A stretch of DNA of 64,000 nucleotides, taken from Nitrospirota bacterium (GTDB lineage: Bacteria > Nitrospirota > JACRHJ01). Below, in pieces: positions 1 through 8,282 of the stretch. The translations under genes and the position numbers were made by a program. Numbering within the stretch: the first letter of the stretch is position 1; each line of letters opens with the position of its first letter. The stretch spans positions 32,390 through 96,389 of the forward strand of contig CAVTDB010000002.1 of the NCBI GenBank assembly GCA_963733375.1, written 5' to 3'. Under the pieces are notes generated by a model. The model was not told where the DNA came from and searched no databases. It saw only the letters and a program-made list of their open reading frames with translations.

Positions 1-696
1 ACCAACGCCGCCAAGAAGCCTGTAAACGCCAACCGTGGTTCCATCAGACGTGGCGTAAGGATAGGAGCCGGAGGCTACGATCGCGCCGATCGCGGCGCCC
101 GGGGTGCTGGGGCCGGATATTGCGCCGGTCGTCGTGTCCTGCCTGTAACGTCCATGAGGATCATGGCAGCTGGAGCAGGCGAGCGAGCCTGAGGGGTAGT
201 TTCCGCCCGGCGCTGTAGCCATGCTGGAAACGGTCAAGCCGAAATCCTTGGCAATAATGTGGTGACCATTGCTGATTATCTCGGTGTTTGCGGTGTTTGC
301 GCTGCCAGCAATAGCCTGCAGCCATCCGAAGTCGCCGCCCGGGGTGTAGTTGAGCGGGAGGCCGGTGCCTTTGGTAAGTTGGGTCGTCAACACGTGGTAG
401 CTGCCATTCGCATTGCTGCCATGGCAGTTCAGGCAGGTAGAGGACTGGTCGGAGCCCTTCAAGAGGAACTCGGTATTCGACTGGGTTGCGGTATCAGCGG
501 GGCCGTTTAAAGTCGAGGCGCCAGACTGGTCGCTGCCAGCTACTGTATTATTTTCACCACCCAACGAGTTGTGCATCGAGTGGCAACCTTCGCAGACCGC
601 GACGCCGCCGTCATGGAACGCGAACGCGCTGCCGGTAAGTCCCATCACCATCACGGCCGCTAGACCGGCCAGAAAACTAATCTTGAATAACTTCAT
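1..696 (-). CDS. omcS: OmcS-family multiheme c-type cytochrome (nanowire-type); 3' part runs off the window
   Basis: Hand translation (not in ORF track): signal peptide MKLFKISFLAGLAAVMVMGLTGSAFA, then FHDGGVAVCEGCHSMHNSLGG...QSSTCLNCH...SYHV...TPGGDFGW...GHHIIA...TAPGGNYPSGSLACSSCHDPHGRYR...SGSY...VGVYRLLGG, colinear with G. sulfurreducens OmcS motifs as I recall them. RBS GGAGG upstream; 3 CxxCH visible. Confidence 0.93.
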   Translation of the reverse strand, partial: MKLFKISFLAGLAAVMVMGLTGSAFAFHDGGVAVCEGCHSMHNSLGGENNTVAGSDQSGASTLNGPADTATQSNTEFLLKGSDQSSTCLNCHGSNANGSYHVLTTQLTKGTGLPLNYTPGGDFGWLQAIAGSANTANTEIISNGHHIIAKDFGLTVSSMATAPGGNYPSGSLACSSCHDPHGRYRQDTTTGAISGPSTPGAAIGAIVASGSYPYATSDGTTVGVYRLLGGVG

Positions 697-893
697 TTTA
701 CCCTCCGTTTTTTTCCGGTTGCCTCTGCCGTCCTTGCCATCAAGGACGGGTCCGCTTTACCGGACCGACTTACTAAAACAGACACTTAAAAATCCAACCA
801 GCTCAACCAAGCTATCTCCCCTTGAACACCTCCCTGTTTGTGAGATTCGACACATCGTGCTGCTCCTGATCCCTCTACAAAAGCCAGGGAATC

Positions 894-1891
894 CTAATTG
901 TTTATCCTGAAAACGTTGATTCCCCGATCCGCGCTCTGGGTCACGTATAAGTCGTTCTTGCTGTCAATAGCAATAGCACGGGGCGCGATCAGCTCGCCGG
1001 GGCCTAACCCCGTCCTCCAAACTCGGTACATGAACCTGAAATCTTTATCGAAGACGATTATCGCCGCACTTCAGGGTGTCGGCTACGTAGATATTGCCCT
1101 TTCCATCGACCGCCATCCCGGAAGCGACGTTAAATTTGCCGGGAGTGCTGCCGGGGAGCCCCAGGACGCGAGCTTGCCGTCCGGGGTCAGTTTGTAGGCC
1201 TGCAAAATTCGTTGCTATGGTAAAGTACATGTTGCCGCTGTCGTCCATGGTGAAGCCGAACATAGAGGCGTCATTGTCGTCCGAGCTTTCCTTCGACCTC
1301 TCTTGCTGTCCCCAGAGGCGTCTTCCCGCCCCTGATCGAATTTCTTCACGAGGGAGGCGACGTCATAGCTTTCCAGATAATTCCCGGTCTTGTCGAGTAC
1401 CACGACCTTCATCGCACTTAAGTCCGTGAGATAGAACTTGCCGTCCCTAAGGCACATCTGCGGAGGGTTTGAAACCGGCGTATTCGGCGGGAATGCCTTT
1501 AAAATCAATGGTGGTCTTGAATTCGCCCCGGTAGTCGCAGCGTACCACGCTAAATTTATATTGAATTGTCGTAAGAAGCGGAAAGCAGCAGGATGTCCCC
1601 GTTCTCGTCCACAGCCCCATCCAGCACCCGGCCGAGACGGTCGTCGTCGCCGAATTTGTAAACCTCCATGCCGTCGCTGTTAAATATTGAGATAACATTG
1701 CCGCATACATAAACCTCATCCGCGGCTTTGTCCACGAACAGTGTTGTCCAGCTGTAAGGAATTGGCCCGCCAAAGTTGGAGAGGTCGTAAAGGAATTCAG
1801 CCTTTTGGGAGTCTGCGGAGCAGACCGAAGCGGAGGCTATTATTGAGATGGCCGATAATAAGAGGATTTTATGGAGGTATCTAAACTTCAT
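894..1891 (-). CDS. Secreted NHL-repeat/beta-propeller protein (frameshifted, stitched from several ORF fragments)
   Basis: Signal peptide MKFRYLHKILLLSAISIIASASVCSA; NHL-like pieces FTMDDSGNMYFT, GKFNVASGMAVDGKGNIYVAD, PRAIAIDSKNDLYV; stop TAG at 894-896. Confidence 0.8.
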
Positions 1892-1957
1892 TTCGTTTCC
1901 CAGTGCTGAACATCCGCAAACTGTAGAACTAACCAACCCACTACGCCAAACTAAATA

Positions 1958-1973
1958 TGCATCCGCCGTGCCA
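1958..1973 (-). promoter_or_regulatory. sigma54 (-24/-12) promoter for NHL-omcS
   Basis: Minus strand TGGCACGGCGGATGCA = GG-N10-GC, about 65 bp upstream of the NHL start, followed upstream by an AT-rich tract. Confidence 0.7.
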
Positions 1974-2086
1974 GCGGCCGCTTGCCAGCCCGCCAATGGC
2001 GGTAAGTGCCCGGATTTTATAAAGATTTTTTTTTAAATAAATATTTTTTATCTTCAGAAGAACGCTATAACCGCTTTCTCAAATCT

Positions 2087-2110
2087 TTTTGCGTTTTTTA
2101 ATGCGCAAAA
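2087..2110. promoter_or_regulatory. Candidate enhancer (bEBP upstream activating sequence)
   Basis: Inverted repeat TTTTGCG-N10-CGCAAAA, 115-140 bp upstream of the sigma54 site. Confidence 0.45.
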
Positions 2111-2324
2111 GCACTCACCGCCGTTTTCCGGCTGCTTTAAAACGCGAATATTATCGCTGCGCATCCATATCTTTAATACTTGTTCTTAACAAATCTGATT
2201 ATATTTAGGACGGACGCACCCTCGCACCCGGCCCCTCTCCCATCGACCCGTCGGACTGGGTGCCCCGTGGCGAGGGGAGTAAGAAGTGGGGGGCAAATTC
2301 GCGCGGGCGGGGTCCTCGGGCGGG

Positions 2325-3561
2325 CTATTGAAAACTGGTTATCCCATGGCAGCTGCGGCAGCTTCCTCCGCGGCGGGTTAAGTGTATTCCATCCGCGCCG
2401 TGCGGGTCGTGGCAGGTCAGGCACATAATCTTTCCCTGGCCGTCCACGGGGAGGTCGTCCGGCAGGCCAAAAAGGGGTCTCCGGACCTGGTTATCATGCC
2501 AATGGCCCGGGACCGGGATTGTATGGCAGAGCTTGCAGAGGTCCTTCTCGTCCGCTTCTCAGATTATATTGATAATCGGACGAATGGGGGTCGTGGCACT
2601 TGTAGCATTCCCCTCTTACAAAAGGCGGGTGCAGGTAAGCTCTGTCAAGCCAGCGGTCCGCGTCTTCCTGATGGCACATTACGCATAGCTCGTCCTTTGG
2701 TTTTGATGAGCTGATACTCGTTGGGCGAGCCGTGGGGGTCATGGCAGACCGTGCACATCCCGGCCCCCACCGGACCGTGCATGAACTTCTTCTTCGTGTC
2801 TGTCTCTTTCCTGTCATCGTGGCAGGAGTAGCAAAGGACATTGTCGTCTTTCCCTATGCGGTATCTGTTGGGCCTGCTCTTGGGGTCGTGGCATGCGGCG
2901 CACATGCCGACGCCCACGGGGCCATGCACGTGGACACTTTTTTGCAGGTCCGAATGGCAGACAAGGCAGGTATTGTCCGTACCCGAATCGAGCTCCTCGG
3001 GCGTCAAGGTAAGTTGGTGGCACCACTCGCACTGCTTCTCTTTTTCAGGAGTGTGAAACAAATATGGCGGATATTCCGCGCCTGGGGGGCCCTCGGCCTG
3101 TAAGTAGCGGAATATGGAAATGGCCTTGACATCCCAGTCCCCCGAGGCCGGCCCGCCGGCTCCCCTTCGCCGCCAGCGCACTTCTATCTTGTTTACGCCG
3201 GGCGACAACATCACATGCGCGTGGAAGTACTGATTGTGAAAAACAGGGGTTATCGCGGGTTGCCCGTTGTTTATTATCTCTATCTCCGTCTGGGCGCCGT
3301 CTTTCGCCACGCCGACAACCATAAAGTTATTCTCGGTGGTGGCAACTTTCGTCTCGGCGGGCTGGGAAGCCGTCGCTTTGCGCTTATCAACCGATCGCCG
3401 CGATACGGAGACGGGTGCGGCGTGGCCCTCGGGCACGATAATACGGATACCCAGACCGGCTCTTTGGTTGCGGCCGCCGTGGAGTTTTTGAGCGGAATGG
3501 ACGCGGCAATCAAGAAGAGCGATAGCGCGCATAAGGCGAAGACGAGCTTATTGCTGGGCAT
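2325..3561 (-). CDS. Decaheme c-type cytochrome with doubled-CXXCH repeats and a heme-free N-terminal domain (frameshifted)
   Basis: Across frames: CEWCH, CLVCH, CAACH, CYSCH, CTVCH, CVMCH, CYKCH, CKLCH, CLTCH, CRSCH; HGPV..G.C..CHDPH repeats; signal peptide at 3561. Confidence 0.85.
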
Positions 3562-3588
3562 ACGGGGTAAACCTCTCTTTCAAGTACT

Positions 3589-4596
3589 CTACCAGGTCGC
3601 AAGCTCCTCCGCGGCCTTCCTGTAATGCTCGGCCGCCTTGTCGAAAGTCCCCTTCTTTTCAAAGGCGCGGCCCAGCTCGAAATTCGCGCGCGCCGGTCTT
3701 GGATTATCTTTAACCGATTCAGTTAACAGTTGAATACCTTTGTCTATTTCTCCCCCGGCGACCAGGCACGCACCAAGCCCCGTCTTGGCGTCACTCGACC
3801 TGGGGTCCTGCTGGACGGCCGTCTGGAATTGTTCAACGGCTTTTGCCGTGTCGCCTTTCCCGAGAAGGGCGTATCCGTATTTTATATGCGCGGCGGTCAA
3901 CTCCGGCGCCGCTTCCACCGCCAGGGCAAGCTCCGCGCAGGCTTTTTCGGTCAATTTACGCTGTAGCAACTGGCCCGCCAGCATCATGTGCCGCTCGGCC
4001 TTTGCCATGCCCGGAGAGGCTTTTTCATTTTCCTTCGGGTTCAGCCTGCCCTCCAGCTGCTCACTGGTTATCTCGCCCAGCGCGAGCAGCACGTTGCCTT
4101 CCACCGCATCCTGATATTTCCGGTCATGCGAAGGCACCTGCGCGGCCAGTTTCCCGTCTTTGCCCACCACGCCGGTAGTTGGGTAAAGGAACGCGCCCCA
4201 TTCCCCGTAGACCTTGCGCCCGTCGTCATATAACATCGGAAACGTTATCTTTTCCTGGCCGGCCACTTCCCGGGCCTTGTCCTTTTCGTCCGCCTCCGAG
4301 ACAACCGCCAGGAAAACCACGCCTTTAGGCGAAAGTCCGGGATATATCTTCTGGAGGTCGCGGAGCGCGAGCACGGAGTTGGGCTGGTCCGGCTTGACGA
4401 AGATTACCACCACTACCTTCCCGGCCAGGGAAGACAGGACATAGTCCTGTCCCTTGTCGTCTTTCAGTGTAAAATCAGGGGCGCTCTGGCCTTCCGCCAC
4501 ATTCCGAAACGCCATGGCGGCATGGCAATATCCCGCGAGCATTGCACCTATAACCAGGAAGGGAATAAATACTTTTACCAGGCGTGAAGCGGACAC
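3589..4596 (-). CDS. Exported redoxin (AhpC/TSA-fold) + TPR protein
   Basis: Signal peptide, APDFTLKD...LSSLAGKVVVVIF, FPMLYD, then several TPR-like helical repeats. Confidence 0.85.
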   Translation of the reverse strand: MSASRLVKVFIPFLVIGAMLAGYCHAAMAFRNVAEGQSAPDFTLKDDKGQDYVLSSLAGKVVVVIFVKPDQPNSVLALRDLQKIYPGLSPKGVVFLAVVSEADEKDKAREVAGQEKITFPMLYDDGRKVYGEWGAFLYPTTGVVGKDGKLAAQVPSHDRKYQDAVEGNVLLALGEITSEQLEGRLNPKENEKASPGMAKAERHMMLAGQLLQRKLTEKACAELALAVEAAPELTAAHIKYGYALLGKGDTAKAVEQFQTAVQQDPRSSDAKTGLGACLVAGGEIDKGIQLLTESVKDNPRPARANFELGRAFEKKGTFDKAAEHYRKAAEELATW

Positions 4597-4718
4597 GGCA
4601 AAACTCCTATTAAAGCGGTTTTTTCGATAACGCGGTAATTTATCACTCCGTCCGGTCTTTGTCCATATTAATTTTATTGATTATTCTTTGCGGGAGGGCT
4701 TATATATCCGTCGTCTCC

Positions 4719-4824
4719 GTCGTCCCCGAAATGATTTATCTGTCCAGAGCGGCAGCGAAGACAGAGTGCCTTAGTCGGGGATCCAGGGTTTAAATTCCTG
4801 GATTCCCGCCTGCGCGGGAATGAC
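4719..4824. repeat. REP-like palindromic repeat, family 1, copy 1 (with nested 36-nt module)
   Basis: GTCGTCCCCGA[36 nt]GTGCCTTAGTCGGGGATCCAG...CTGGATTCCCGCCTGCGCGGGAATGAC; related copies at 7039, 10892, 38844. Confidence 0.85.
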
Positions 4825-4839
4825 GGTCCGGAGAGCAAC

Positions 4840-4873
4840 AAAAAAACCCGTCCGGGAATGGACGGGTTTTTTT
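4840..4873 (-). terminator. Rho-independent terminator (bidirectional form)
   Basis: A-run, CCCGTCC-loop-GGACGGG, T-run, downstream of the rhodanese gene. Confidence 0.8.
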
Positions 4874-4888
4874 AATCCTTTAAGGTAT

Positions 4889-5233
4889 TTATGCGGCCAG
4901 GCGTTCGGGCCCTTCGGTTAAAAAGCCAGCTGACTTCCAGTCTTTAAGGCCGCCCTCGTATTCCAGGACTTTCTCATATCCCATGTTCAGGAGCATCTCC
5001 GAAGCCTTGGTGCTTAGCGTGCACTCGAAGCCGCCGCAATAGACTATGACCTCCACGTCCTTGCCGTAATCGTTCTGGACGCGCATGGACAGTTCGGAAA
5101 TGGGTACGGAGATGGCGCCTTTTATATGCTCCCTCTCGTAATCGTCACGTTCCCGGACGTCCACCAGTACAACCCTGCCCGGCGCTTCCTGAAGTTTTCG
5201 CCTCAGCTCGTCACGGTTAATTGACCTCACCAT
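4889..5233 (-). CDS. Rhodanese-like domain protein
   Basis: LVDVRE..Y..EHIKGAISVP, VIVYC, YEGGLKDW. Confidence 0.9.
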   Translation of the reverse strand: MVRSINRDELRRKLQEAPGRVVLVDVRERDDYEREHIKGAISVPISELSMRVQNDYGKDVEVIVYCGGFECTLSTKASEMLLNMGYEKVLEYEGGLKDWKSAGFLTEGPERLAA

Positions 5234-5302
5234 TTTCTACCTCCGGTTAATCCTTTTTCTCTAAGTATAACATATCCGCTGGTTTTTAATTTGTCCCTGT
5301 AA

Positions 5303-6013
5303 TTATAACATATCCGCAAGGACGCGCTCGAGGGAGGCTATCTCGTCTATGTAAAAATCCGGCCGGACCCCCTCATATTCCCGGACGTCGCTCCTGACCA
5401 GGACCATGCGCATCCCCGCTTTTTTGGCGCCCCAGAGGTCCCTGAAGGCGTTGTCTCCCACGTATACCGCCTCACCGGGCTTGACCCCCAGCGCGTCCAG
5501 GGCCATCTTGAAGTATTTCGCCTCCGGTTTCCTGAAGCCGTAATCGGAGGACAGGAAGATGTGCTCGAAGAACCATCCAAGCTTAAGCTGGTTTATCTCC
5601 GGCTCCGTATAACACCTCTGCGCATCGGAAAGGAGCGCCATGGGGTACTGCTCGCGGAGACGCTCCAGCATCCCGTAAATGCCAGGGAACGGCTCGAAAT
5701 ATTTCCTGGAAAGCGAACGGAAAAGCCTTGCGGCCATCAGGGCGGTTTTTGGCTCCGCCTTTCCCTCCCGCCTCGCCCCGATTATCCCGGTGAATATGCG
5801 CCGCACGTCCACGTCAGGATACTGCTCTTTTCCGGCGCCGAGGCTGCGCTTCACGCCCTTCAGATATTCATCCTTCAGTGCGTCCGGAGGGATAAACACA
5901 TGGCTGTACGAGAGGAACTTGCTGAGTTCCCAGTAAAGGGCCGGGTCCTGCTCGTCCGTACGGATGTTCACGAGTGTGCCGTAGAGGTCGAATATCAGGG
6001 CTTTTATGCTCAT
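5303..6013 (-). CDS. HAD-superfamily hydrolase
   Basis: FDLYGTL motif I, KP motif III, VGDN..RD motif IV. Confidence 0.9.
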   Translation of the reverse strand: MSIKALIFDLYGTLVNIRTDEQDPALYWELSKFLSYSHVFIPPDALKDEYLKGVKRSLGAGKEQYPDVDVRRIFTGIIGARREGKAEPKTALMAARLFRSLSRKYFEPFPGIYGMLERLREQYPMALLSDAQRCYTEPEINQLKLGWFFEHIFLSSDYGFRKPEAKYFKMALDALGVKPGEAVYVGDNAFRDLWGAKKAGMRMVLVRSDVREYEGVRPDFYIDEIASLERVLADML

Positions 6014-7017
6014 GAGAGCTTCAGCCCCCACGCAAGGCACTCCCTGGCCTCGGTAACGAGCCTCCTCCTGTGCTCCCGGTCGAGCCAGGAATTGCTGGCA
6101 ATCCGAAGCTCGGTCAACGCCATGTAGAAGGGGTTTCTGAGCATTATGCTCTTGTAGACTTTTTCCTGGTGTTTGAACCGCCCCGCGTACTCGCGGAGGA
6201 AATGCCCGATATGCCTCTCCGAGATATATTTGTTACCCGTGCGCCACAGGAAGGAGTGTTTCAGTTCGCCGCATACCATCCCGACATCCATCATCCGGTC
6301 GTCCGGCCTCATCCTCTCCAGGTCTATGGCTATGCAGCCCCGGCCTGCCGGGAATATGAAATTTGTGGGAGTCGCGTCGCCGTGCACCAGCACCCGGCGG
6401 TCCTCCCTCATGTAATCGCGCTCCATCCACGCGTCTTTCAGCTTTATTAATACCTTCTTCAGGTGCTCGTCCACCAGCCCTTTTTTGGCAAGCTTCATGA
6501 GGATGCGGTCGAAATAGTCCGACGAGCGCATGGGCGAGGCCGGGAAATCGGAAGCGGTCCTCTTGTGGAACTCGGAGAGGAAGAAAGCGAGGTCACTAAG
6601 CCGCCCTTTAAGCCTGTCATGTCTTCCTTCAAAGGCCGCGCGCCTGATGTAGTGGTCCAGGTCCTGTCCCTCGACATATTCCTCCATGAGACCAAGCCCC
6701 AGGCTCTTCTCGCTTGCCAGCGGGCGCACGACGCGGTTCGGCAAGCCGGCAAGGCCCAGCGCCCTCGCTTTGCGCAGGTTATGGTACTCGCCGATTAACT
6801 TCGGCCCCTTCGCATCAGCCGGAGTATAAAACTTGCCGATCAAGCTTACGCGGGAAGCGCTTTCCTGGTAGCGGTACACGAGGTTGGACCCGAAAAGTCG
6901 GCTGACATGGAAGGTGGGGTTTTTCACCTCCAGCTCCACCTTCGGCATCACGTCCTTCACCATGTACGAATAAAGCGGGTCCGCCGTCTCCAGCGTCCCC
7001 AGGTATGCGGAACTCAT
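6010..7017 (-). CDS. Aminoglycoside phosphotransferase/choline kinase-like small-molecule kinase
   Basis: LVHGDATPTN Brenner motif and IDLE motif. Confidence 0.8.
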   Translation of the reverse strand: MSSAYLGTLETADPLYSYMVKDVMPKVELEVKNPTFHVSRLFGSNLVYRYQESASRVSLIGKFYTPADAKGPKLIGEYHNLRKARALGLAGLPNRVVRPLASEKSLGLGLMEEYVEGQDLDHYIRRAAFEGRHDRLKGRLSDLAFFLSEFHKRTASDFPASPMRSSDYFDRILMKLAKKGLVDEHLKKVLIKLKDAWMERDYMREDRRVLVHGDATPTNFIFPAGRGCIAIDLERMRPDDRMMDVGMVCGELKHSFLWRTGNKYISERHIGHFLREYAGRFKHQEKVYKSIMLRNPFYMALTELRIASNSWLDREHRRRLVTEARECLAWGLKLS

Positions 7018-7038
7018 TTATCGCATCTCCCTCGACAT

Positions 7039-7113
7039 GTCATCCCCGAATGCCTTAGTCGGGGATCCAGGGCTTGATTTAAATTCCTGGATTCCCGCCT
7101 GCGCGGGAATGAC
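7039..7113. repeat. REP-like palindromic repeat, family 1, copy 2 (no nested module; overlaps NUDIX 3' end)
   Basis: GTCATCCCCGAATGCCTTAGTCGGGGATCCAG...CTGGATTCCCGCCTGCGCGGGAATGAC. Confidence 0.85.
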
Positions 7114-7594
7114 GGTACATGCGGAATTCAGTCTCGAAATTGGGCGTGAATACGCCCTTTCCGAGGCTCGAATTTATTTCTTCCAAGGTCCAGAACCTTA
7201 TCTCTTCTATCTCGGACGCCTGATGCGTGAACGGCCCGTCGTGCGTGGCGAGATAGCTCCGGATGTTCTCCGATTCGATCTCGTTCCGGAGCGGGTAGTC
7301 GTAGAGATATTTCAGTTCCGGCGGCTCTATCCCCAGTTCCTCCGCCATCTCGCGGAGCGCCGCCTGCTCGTAGCTCTCGCCCACGCCAAGGTGGCCGCCC
7401 ACGGAGGTGTCCCATTTGCCGGGCTGTATGTCCTTGTCCTTATTGCGGAGCTGAAGGAGAAGCTCTCCCTTTTTATTGAAAACCAGCACGTGCACCGCGC
7501 GGTGGACAAGCGCCGGGTTCCCGTGGCACTCGCTCCGGGGAGCTTTCCCGATTACCTCGCCCTTTTCGTTCACAATTTCGAAATACTCCATCAT
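7079..7594 (-). CDS. NUDIX hydrolase (YfcD/IDI-like)
   Basis: HRAVHVLVFN, PGKWDTSVGGH...GESYEQAALREMAEELGI Nudix box. Confidence 0.9.
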   Translation of the reverse strand: MMEYFEIVNEKGEVIGKAPRSECHGNPALVHRAVHVLVFNKKGELLLQLRNKDKDIQPGKWDTSVGGHLGVGESYEQAALREMAEELGIEPPELKYLYDYPLRNEIESENIRSYLATHDGPFTHQASEIEEIRFWTLEEINSSLGKGVFTPNFETEFRMYRHSRAGGNPGI

Positions 7595-8112
7595 TCACCC
7601 TCAAATTTATTGATAATTTTCTCCGCATCCAATGCGGCGGACTCGGGGTTGGCGTCAGTCAGGTATGCGGTCCAGTGGCCGTGGAGATACTTGTCATCAG
7701 GCTGCGGCGTTATTATCGAGAACCCTGTAAGCGTCCCTCCGTGTGCGATGTCAGTCGTCAGATCATTAACGCGCCACTCGATATCAATAAATTGACTCTC
7801 CTCCTGGGTGACGACATTGACATGCCAGCCTGGCGGCGATGTTGCGCTGCCTTGACCGAGGCCGCTGTCGAAGCTCCATCCCTTAGGTTCGACCTGAAGC
7901 TCAAAAACGCCGTGATAATAGTCGTAACCAATATCGACCGCGGCAATGCGGTGCGGACCGCTGTTAACGACGCGGTACTCGTACCGGGTGGCGCCGTCTG
8001 GCTGAGTCGATTGAGACGCTTTGATTGTAATAGTCGGCGCCTGTTCCGCATGCGCGGCGTATGGACCGGCAAACAGAAATAAGCATATAATTACAAGCCG
8101 TTTTATTGTCAT
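7591..8112 (-). CDS. Secreted hypothetical protein (beta-rich)
   Basis: N-terminal signal peptide ending AHA; overlaps the NUDIX start. Confidence 0.7.
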   Translation of the reverse strand: MTIKRLVIICLFLFAGPYAAHAEQAPTITIKASQSTQPDGATRYEYRVVNSGPHRIAAVDIGYDYYHGVFELQVEPKGWSFDSGLGQGSATSPPGWHVNVVTQEESQFIDIEWRVNDLTTDIAHGGTLTGFSIITPQPDDKYLHGHWTAYLTDANPESAALDAEKIINKFEGE

Positions 8113-8180
8113 AGAGCCTTCCCGCTCCAGGCGCTGTCCTGCACCCCGCGCCCCTGAAGCAGCCCCTTCGGGGGCTTAGG

Positions 8181-8213
8181 AACCGTAATGAAACCGTAAC
8201 TAAACTGTAACAA
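8181..8213. promoter_or_regulatory. Three 11-bp direct repeats, OmpR/PhoB-type box candidate
   Basis: aaccgtaatga/aaccgtaacta/aactgtaacaa. Confidence 0.5.
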
Positions 8214-8282
8214 ATAAAGGTGTCGATGGCAAATTATCGGACGAAGAATTACGGGAGGGCATGTTGCCGGAAAGGGGGGTAT

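Noticed and set aside
697-893. GEMM-I cyclic dinucleotide riboswitch upstream of omcS
   Set aside because: The expected P1/P2 consensus with GNRA tetraloop and receptor is not recognisable by eye; an Infernal scan would settle it.
259-1197. Plus-strand ORFs at 259, 413 and 898
   Set aside because: Antisense shadows of the omcS and NHL genes, with no motifs.
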